NCBI RefSeq assembly: GCF_009914755.1
Contig: NC_060929.1
Source: the human T2T-CHM13v2.0 reference genome, Homo sapiens
Direction: 5' to 3' (one strand)
Length of the DNA: 64,000 bases
Below the pieces are notes generated by a model. It ran no database searches. It worked only from the letters and a program-made list of their open reading frames with translations, and was not told the origin of the DNA. Position 1 is the stretch's first letter. Each line of letters starts with the position of its first letter. Made by a program: the position numbers and the translations under genes. Shown here in pieces: positions 54,040 to 64,000 of the stretch.

Positions 54040-54120
54040 CCCACACACACATATATACACTCACACAGAAATATATATATATGTATATGTCTACATTTTT
54101 GTATACTTATATATACACAC
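53930..54120. repeat. Compound (TA)/(CA) microsatellite
   Basis: Alternating tata/caca blocks immediately after the right Tigger2 TIR. Confidence 0.92.
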
Positions 54121-54122
54121 TT

Positions 54123-54430
54123 GAAATTGTCTCATGTTATTATTAAGCCTGAGACATTTCAAGATTCACACTCCTAGGGCTCGCGAATCAAGAGAGCTAA
54201 TGATGAAGAAGTTCCAGCTTGAGTCCATGGAAGGAGAAGACTGAGGTCCCATCTTGAAGGCCATCAGGCAGAAAAATGAATTCTCTCTTTCTCAGCGTAT
54301 TGCTCTATTCAGGCCTTCAGTGGATTGGATGAGGCCCACCCACATTGGGGAAGGCAAAATTTGCTTTATTTAATTTATCAGTTGAAATGCTAATTTTGTG
54401 CAGAAACAGCCTTACAGACACAATAGTAAT
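54123..54430 (-). mobile_element. MLT2B/D-like LTR fragment (ERVL)
   Basis: tattcaggccttcagtggattggatgaggcccacccacattggggaaggca...cagaaacagccttacagacac. Confidence 0.8.
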
Positions 54431-54507
54431 TTTGGATACTAATTCTGGATACTAATTCAGAGCATATAGTGCTTCTTGAAAAACCCTACACCAATCTTGC
54501 AAGGTAT

Positions 54508-54526
54508 TGTCCACTAGATGGTGCTG
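54508..54526 (+). promoter_or_regulatory. CTCF consensus-like motif
   Basis: tgtCCACTAGATGGTGCtg fits the CTCF core CCASYAGRKGGCRS with one mismatch. Motif match only; binding is not shown. Confidence 0.5.
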
Positions 54527-54598
54527 TAACTCAGTCTTCAAGCGAACATTTCAGTATTCTATCAAGCCAGCTGTTTCCGGATGGTGGGAGAAAATTAC

Positions 54599-54957
54599 TG
54601 TCTTAGTTAGCTCAGGCTGCTATAAAAAAATACCATAGACGGGGTGACCTAAATAACAGAAATTTATTTCTCATAGTTCTGGAGGCTGAAAGTCCAAGAT
54701 GATTTGGTTTGGTAAAGACTCTCTTCCTGTCTTACAGATGGCAGCCTTCTTGCTCTGTCAGCACATAGTGGAGAGAGAAAGCTGGTGTCTCTTTTTTTTT
54801 TTTTTTATAAAGGCACTAATCTCACCATGAGGGCTCCACTTTCATGACCTCATCTAAACGTAAGTACCTTTCAAAGGCCCCACCTCCTAATACCAACATA
54901 TTGACGGTTGAGCCTATAACACTTCTAAAGGGGGACATACACATTCAACCCATAACA
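54599..54957 (-). mobile_element. MLT1A0-like solo LTR
   Basis: tgtcttagttagctcaggctgctataaaaaaataccatagac...tcatgacctcatctaaac...cattcaacccataaca. Confidence 0.88.
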
Positions 54958-55007
54958 GAAATTAAGTAGTAATAAAATATACAACATTGTTAAAAGTAAT
55001 TAGATAT

Positions 55008-55322
55008 CTTTTCCTTTATTTTATTTATTTATTTATCTTTGAGACAAGGTCTCACTCTGTCATCTAGGCTGGAGTGTAATGGTGTGATGAAAATTCACTG
55101 CAGCCTTGAACTCCCCAGGCTCAGGTGATTGTCCCACCCCAGCCTCCTGAGTAGCTGGAACACAGGCATACACCACCAAACCAGGCTAATTTTTGTGTTT
55201 TTCATAGAAACGAGGTCTCACTATGTTGCCTAGACTGGTCTCAAACCCCTAGTCGCAACTGACCCACTCTCCTCAGCCTCCCAAAGTGCTGGGATTATAG
55301 GGGTGAGCCACTGTGCCCGACC
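55008..55322 (-). mobile_element. AluJ
   Basis: J diagnostics: ggtctcactctgtc, cactgcagccttgaactcc, ggtctcactatgttgcc. Confidence 0.9.
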
Positions 55323-56389
55323 TAATTTAAATGAAATGATCTTAAACATTTTGAGGTACATAATTTTCTTATTAATTATTATTTAATCAAGAAAACAGAT
55401 ACAAAAAAACATTTTGAAGTGATTAGCTTTACTTGGAATATTTAAGTGATTATAATTACCGAACATTAAGAGTTACATGAAAGAAAGTGGTATATATAAT
55501 GCATGTCCTAATAAGAAAATTTATGCAATAAAACGTAAGTTATTTTCTCATTATTTTTCTTTTCTGGTATAGTTTTGGCAAAGTACCAAGAATAAAATTT
55601 TTCTTACATGTTAGGTAAAACATCTTGTATATAATTGCATGTATTTTTAAAGTAATAGGTCATGTATTGTGCTTATTCAAAATACAAAAACATAGTAATT
55701 TTTTCTAAATCTCTAAAAGTTAATGTTATTTAAATTTAGTAAGCGAAATAATTTTCTGATTATTTTTTATTTTAAAATATTATAAATAATGGTTTTCTGG
55801 CAATCTGCTTTCTATCTCTGTCAATCATTACCTTTCAAATAGCATGATAACAACAGATGTTGATAATCTAGAAAATACCACCTCAATTCAAATACCATCT
55901 GAACAAAGCACAACCTGCTAAATAAAGCAAAGTCAACAATGGAAAAGTATTCTGACCTGACTTTTTTAGCTTTTAAAATAATAATTTTAACTTTCACTAT
56001 AGTTTTTATCTGTCATCTATATTAATTTTCTTCAAGTTTATCATCTATATTTTCATGTAGTTGACTGTTAATATTTGCCTTAACTATAACCTGCAACATT
56101 TGCAGGTTTTCAAATTATCAAGAACTACTAATGCTTTAAACTTTTAGTAATACTCATAGTTATTGAGGCTGAAAATCTGAGATGAATAAATTTTATTTAT
56201 TAAATGGAATAAATACTTCTCAAATTTCAAGTCCCCTCATAAAATTAAATGAGATTATATATCAAATTTAGTAAGTAGCACCATAATGCTGTTGCTAGAA
56301 GAAGCTTATTCAATAACTCAATTATTCCAATTATTCCACATAAGCCTCAGCAAATATGATTTCACTTTTACTCTGAACTTAAGGATTTT

Positions 56390-56731
56390 ATTTTTATTTA
56401 TTTATTTTTATTTTTATTTATTTATTTATTTTTTATTTTTATTTATTGATTTTGAGACAGAATTTCACTCTGTCGGCCAGGTTGGAGTGCAGTAGTGCGA
56501 TCTCAACTCACTGCTACCTCCGCCTTCTGGGTTCAAGCGATTCTCCTGCCTCAGACTCCTGAGTAGCTGGGACTACAGGCAGGCGCCACCATGCCCAGCT
56601 AATTTTTGTGTTTTTTAGTAGAGACGAGGTTTCACTATATTGACCAGGCTGGTCTTGAACTCTTGACCTCCTGATCTGCTCGCCTTGGCCTCCCAAAATG
56701 TTGGGATTACAGACATGAGCCACTAGGCCCA
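56390..56731 (-). mobile_element. AluSg/Sc-like with a long (TTTA)n tail
   Basis: gacctcctgatct (2-bp-deleted form); lies directly against the next Alu. Confidence 0.9.
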
Positions 56732-57030
56732 TCTTTATTTTTATTTTTGAGATGGAGTCTCGCTCTGTCTCCCAGGCTAGAGTGCAGTAGCCTGATCTTG
56801 GCTCACTATAATGTCTGCCTCCCAGGTTCAAGAAATTCTCCTGCCTCAGCCTCCTGAGTAGCTGAGATTACAGGCACCTGCCACCACATCTGGCTAATTT
56901 TGGTATTTTTAGTAGAGATAGGGTTTCCCCAGGTTAGCCAGGCTGACCTCGAACTCCTGACTTTCAGTGATCCACACATTTCAGCCTTCCAAAGTGCTGG
57001 GATTACAGGCATAAGCCACCATGCCCAGCC
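56732..57030 (-). mobile_element. AluSx/Sz-like
   Basis: Full dimer. One TSD (tgaacttaaggatttt / tgaagttaaggatttt) brackets both Alus. Confidence 0.92.
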
Positions 57031-57333
57031 TGAAGTTAAGGATTTTTGAGAGCCCTCCATATTATGTCATGTACAAAAGCTTACATATGATACATAAAAA
57101 TTATGTCTACTTGTATTAAAAAATCTGATTTGATTTTGTAGGTGTTTGACTTCTGACAACTTTTAAATATCATTTGCTTCCCACTTTTTTCTCTCCAATC
57201 CTTCCTCACATTTGAGTAAGTGATAGCAAATCCTAGGTGCTCCTTCCTTTAACTTCTGTAGTAGGTTCAAACCACTACCCTGATACCAAAAGGCAGGACA
57301 TTACAAGAAAACTAAATTACAGGACAATATACC

Positions 57334-57684
57334 TGATATGGCTTGGCTTTGTGATCCCACCCAAATCTCCTCTCAAATTGTAATCCCCAGGAGGATCTTG
57401 TTGGGAGGTAATTGGTTCATGAGGGTGATTTCCCCCATGCTGTTCTCATTATAGTGAATAAGTTCTCATGAGATCTGATGGTTTTATAAGTAGCTCTTCC
57501 CCCTTTGCTTCCTCTCTTTTGCCTGCCACCATGTAAGACATGCCTGCTTCCCCTTCTGCCATGACTGTAAGTTTCCTGAGGCATTCCCAGCCATGAAGAA
57601 CTGTGAGGAAAATACATCTCTTTTCTTTATAAATGACCCAGTCTCAGGTAGTATCTTTATAGCAGTGTGAAAACAAACTAATAC
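57334..57684 (+). mobile_element. THE1D-like solo LTR
   Basis: tgatatggcttggctttgtgatcccacccaaatctc...gtatctttatagcagtgtgaaaacaaactaatac. TSD atacc (57329-57333) / atccc (59958-59962). Confidence 0.88.
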
Positions 57685-59951
57685 AGCATCTGTTTTCACA
57701 CTGTTGATAAAGATATGTGCAAGACTGGGCAATTTACAAAATAAAAAGGTTTATTGGACTTATAGTTCCACATGCCTGGGGAGGTCTCACAATCATGACA
57801 GAAGGTAAGAGGGAGCAAGTCACATCTTACGTAGATGGCAGCAGGCAAGAGAGAGAGCTTGCACAGGAAAACTCCCATTTTTAAAATCATCAGATCTCAT
57901 GAGACTTATTCACTATCACGAGAACAGCACGAGAAAGACCTGCCCCCATGATTTGCCTACCTCCCACCAGGTCCCTCCCACAACATGTGGGAGTTCAAGA
58001 TAAGATTTGGATGGGAACACCTTATCATTCCACCCCTAGCCTTTTCCAAATCTCATGTCCTCACATTTCAAAACCAATCATGATTTCCCTGCAGTCCCCC
58101 AAAGTCTTAACTAATTTCAGCATTACCTCAAAAGTCCACAGTCCAAAATCTCACTCGAGACATGGCAAGTCCCTTCTGCCTGTGAGCCTGTGAAATCAAA
58201 AGCAAGTTAGTTACTCCCTAGATACATGAGGGTACAGGCATTGGGTAAATACAGCCATTCCAAATGGGAGAAATTGGCCAAAACAAAGGGTCTACAGACC
58301 TCATGCAAGTCCAAAATCCAGCAGAGCAATCAAACCGTAAAGCTCTGAAATGATCTTCTTTGACTCCATGTCTCACATCCAGGTCATGCTGATGCAAGAG
58401 GTGGGTTATCATGGTCTCTGGCAGCTCTGGCCCTATTGATTTGCATAGTATAGCCCTCCTCCTGGCTGCTTTCACAGGCTGGCATTGAGTGTCTGTGGCT
58501 TTTCCAGGTGCATGGTAAGTTGTCAGTGGATCTACCATTCTGAGGTCTGGAGGATGGTGGACCTCTTCTCAAGCTCCACTAGATGGTGTTCCAGTAGGGA
58601 CTCTGTGTGGGGGCTCCAACTCCACATTTCCCTTCTGCACTGGCCTAGTAGAGGTTCTCCATGAGACCCCCACCTCTGCAGCAAATTTCTGCCTGGACAT
58701 CCAGGCATTCCCATATATCTGCTGAAATCTAGGCAGAGATTCCCAAACCCCAATTCTTGACTTCTGTACAGTGGCAGGCTCGACACCATGTGGAAGCTGC
58801 CAAGGCTTGAGGCTTGCATCCTCTGAAGCTATGGCCCGAGCTCTACATTGACCCCTTTCATCCATGGCTGGAGTGGCTGGGACACAGGGCACCAAGTCCC
58901 TAGGCTGCACACAGCACAGGGATCCTGGGTCTGGCCCATGGAACCACTTTTTCCTCCTAGGCCTCAGGGTCTGTAATGGGAGGGGTGGCCATGAAGACCC
59001 CTGAAATGCCCTGAAGACATTTTCCCCATTGTTTTGGGGATTCACATTCTGCTCCTTGCTACTTATGCACATTTCTACAGCTGGCTTTAATTTCTCCTGA
59101 AAAAATGGGATTTTCTTTTCTATCACATTGCCAGGCTGCAAATTTTCCAAACTTTTATGCTCTGTTTCCCTTATAAAACTGAATGTCTTTAACAGCACCC
59201 GAATCACACCTTGAATGTTTTGCTGCTTACAAATTTCTTCCACCAGATACCCTAAGTCATCTCTCTCAAAGTCAAAGTTCTACAAATCTCCAGGGAAGGG
59301 CAAAATGCTGCCAGTCTCTTTGGTAAAACATAACAAGAGTCACCTTTCCTCCAGTTCCCAATAAGTTTCTCATTTCCAGCTGAGAGCACCTCAGCCTGGA
59401 CTTTATTGTCTAAATCACTATCAGCATTTTGGGAAAAGGCATTCAACAAGTTTGTAGGAAGTTCAAAACTTGCCCACATTTTCCTCTCTTCTTCTGGGCC
59501 CTCCGAACTGTTCCAACCCCTGCCTGTTACCCAGTTCCAATGTTGCTTCTACATTTTCAGGTATATATTCAGCAATGCCCAACATTACTGGTACCAATTT
59601 ACTATATTAGTCCATTTTCACACTGCTGATAAAGACATACTCAAGACTGGGCAATTTTCAAAAGAAAGAGGTTTAATGGACTTACGGTTTCACCTGGCTG
59701 GGGAGGCCGCACAATCATGGTGGAAGGCAAGGAGGAACAAGTCACATCTTATGTAAACGGCAGCAGGCAAGAGAGCGTTTGTGCAGGAAAACTCCCATTT
59801 TCAAAGCCATCTTGTGAGACTTATTCACTATCACGAGTACAGCACAGGAAAGACCCAACCCCATGCTCCCCTTACCTCCCACCAGGTACCTCCTCACATC
59901 ATGTGGGGATTCAAGATGAGATTTGGATGGGGACACAGCCAAACCATATAA
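57685..59951 (-). mobile_element. Full-length THE1A-like MaLR provirus (3' LTR 57685-58027, internal 58028-59602, 5' LTR 59603-59951)
   Basis: Two direct-repeat LTRs, internal start gtaaattggtaccag on the minus strand, TSD aatac (57680-57684 / 59952-59956). Confidence 0.93.
58569..59243 (-). pseudogene. Open 224-aa remnant of the THE1-int ORF
   Basis: HKSLENLQP, KPWQLPHGVEP and RFQQIYGNAWMSRQKFAA are typical THE1/MST internal ORF peptides. Confidence 0.8.
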
Positions 59952-61946
59952 AATACAATCCCTGGTAAACATAGATAACAAAAATTATCAACAAAATACT
60001 AACAATCTGAAGTCAACAGCACATTAAAAAAATCATTCATCCTGATGAAGTGGGATTTATCTCTGAGTTGCAAGGATAGTTCAGAATGTGTAAATTTATA
60101 AATATGATACAGCATGTTAACAAAATGAAGGATAAAACCCATATGATCTTTTTATTAAATACAGAAAATTGACAAAATTAAACATCTTTTCATAACAAAA
60201 TCTCTCAACAAATTAGATTCATAAGCAATCTACTTTATCATAATAAAGGCCACATAGACCATATATTAGCTCATAGTTAACATTGTACTCAATGGTGAAA
60301 AGTTGAGTTTTTTCTCTACAATCAGGAACAAGACAAGGATGCTCACTCTTATCACTTCTGTTAAACATAGTACTGAAAGTTCTAACCAGAGCAATCAGAC
60401 CTACAAAAATAAATAAATAAGTAAATGGAATCCTAATTGAAGAGGAAGGGGTAAAAATGTAGATGTTTGATGATTACTTGATCATATATACAGAAATTCC
60501 TAAAGACACCATTAAAAACCCTTAGAACAAATGACCAAATAAAGTATACTTGCAGGATACAAAATTAACACACACAAATCAGTAGTGTTTCTATACATTA
60601 ACAATGAACTATCTAAAAAAGAAATCAAGAATATAATTATATTTACAGTTGCTAAAAAATAAAAAATACTAAGAAATAAATTTAACCAAAGACAGAACTC
60701 TAAAATACCAATAAAAGGAACTGAAAATGCAAAAATAAATGGAAAAATATCCTATGTTGATGAATTGGAAGAACTGTTACTGCTAAAATTTCTATACTGC
60801 CCAAGTCAATCCACAGATTCAAGGTAATCCATATAAAAATTACAATGTCATTTTTTACACAAATAGAAAAAAAATTTAAAAATTTGTATGAAACAACCAA
60901 AAACTCTGGATACCCAAGGCAATGTTTAGCAAAAAGAAAAAAGCTGAAGTTTTCACACTTCCTGATTTCAAGTGATATTACAAAGTTACTGTAATTAAAA
61001 TGACATGGTACTGGCATAAAAACAGACACACTGACCTATGAAAGAGAATAGGGTGTCTGGAAATAAACCCACACATATAGAACTACAAAAGACCTTAAAT
61101 AGCCAAAGTAATCTTGAGGAAAAAGAAAATAGTTGAGGGCATAACACTTCCTGATTTCAAAATATATTACCAAGCTACAATAGTCAAAACAGCATGGCAC
61201 TTACACAGAAACAGATAAATCCACCAATAGAACATGACAGAAAGCCCACATATAAATCCACCTATTGATTTGCAACAAAGGTGTCAAGACCACACAATAT
61301 GAAAAGGACAGTCTGTTCGACAAAGGATGTTAGGAAAACTGGACTTGCACATGAAGAATAAAATTGGACTATTATCTCACAGCATAAATGAAAATTAAGT
61401 CAAAATAGATTAGTTACTTAAACATAAGACATGACACTGTAAAACCACTAGAGGAAAGATAGAAAAAAATCTAAATGAAGGTGTTCTGAGCAATGATTTT
61501 TTTGGATTTGATTCCAGAAGCTCAGGCAATAAAGGCACAAATTGACAAGTGGGATTTCAACAAACTAAAATGCTCTGCAGAGCAAAAATAAATAAATAAA
61601 TAAATAAATAAAAGAAAAACAAATAAAAAGGTAATCAACAGAGTAAAAAGACAACCTATTGAATGGGAGAAAATATTTGCAAGCCATAAATGTCATAAGG
61701 AGTTAATATCCAAAAATATAAAGAACTCAAACACTCAATAGCAAGAAAACAAGTAATTCAGTTAAAATGGGGCAAAGAATCTGAATAGACATCTCTTAAA
61801 AGAAGACATACAAAGGGCTGACAGATATATGAAAAAATACAAAACTGATCATCAGAGAAATGCAAATTCAAAAAACAATGAGCTCTCACCTCACCTCTGT
61901 TAGAGTGGCTATTATCAAAAAGATGAAAGATAAAAAGTGTCTCTGA

Positions 61947-64000
<2,054 letters not shown>

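Noticed and set aside
58569-59243. 224-aa ORF as a domesticated gene
   Set aside because: It is a fragment of the ancestral THE1-int ORF, broken by frameshifts on both sides. Such lengths survive by chance, and there is no evidence of selection.

Overview
This is AT-rich, CpG-poor primate genomic DNA (catarrhine, since AluY is present), most likely a gene desert or deep intron. I find no recognisable cellular protein-coding exon, tRNA, rRNA or CRISPR array. The ORF-track entries I could place derive from Alu, L1, ERVL/MaLR or Tigger sequence, or from low-complexity DNA. Roughly half the window is fossil transposable elements: 12 Alus, several L1 generations (a ~5.9 kb L1PA16-like copy and a young 5'-truncated L1PA), a decayed ERVL provirus, a full THE1A provirus, solo LTRs, and DNA transposons (Tigger2, MER20, MER30, MER5). 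I found no evidence of a new biological system. The most notable structures are local: (1) a probable L1 3' transduction with a target-site deletion at 16.35-16.67 kb; (2) a twin-primed, 5'-inverted L1PA7 with readable TSD and microhomology; (3) a ~700 bp quasi-palindrome formed by THE1A inserting 1 bp from the end of an oppositely oriented THE1D LTR; (4) a 1.4 kb palindrome-rich TA tract; (5) two identical 14-nt CTCF-like cores; (6) a well-formed candidate non-coding exon on the minus strand. Subfamily names come from remembered consensus sequences and need RepeatMasker/Dfam confirmation. Boundaries of old elements are approximate.
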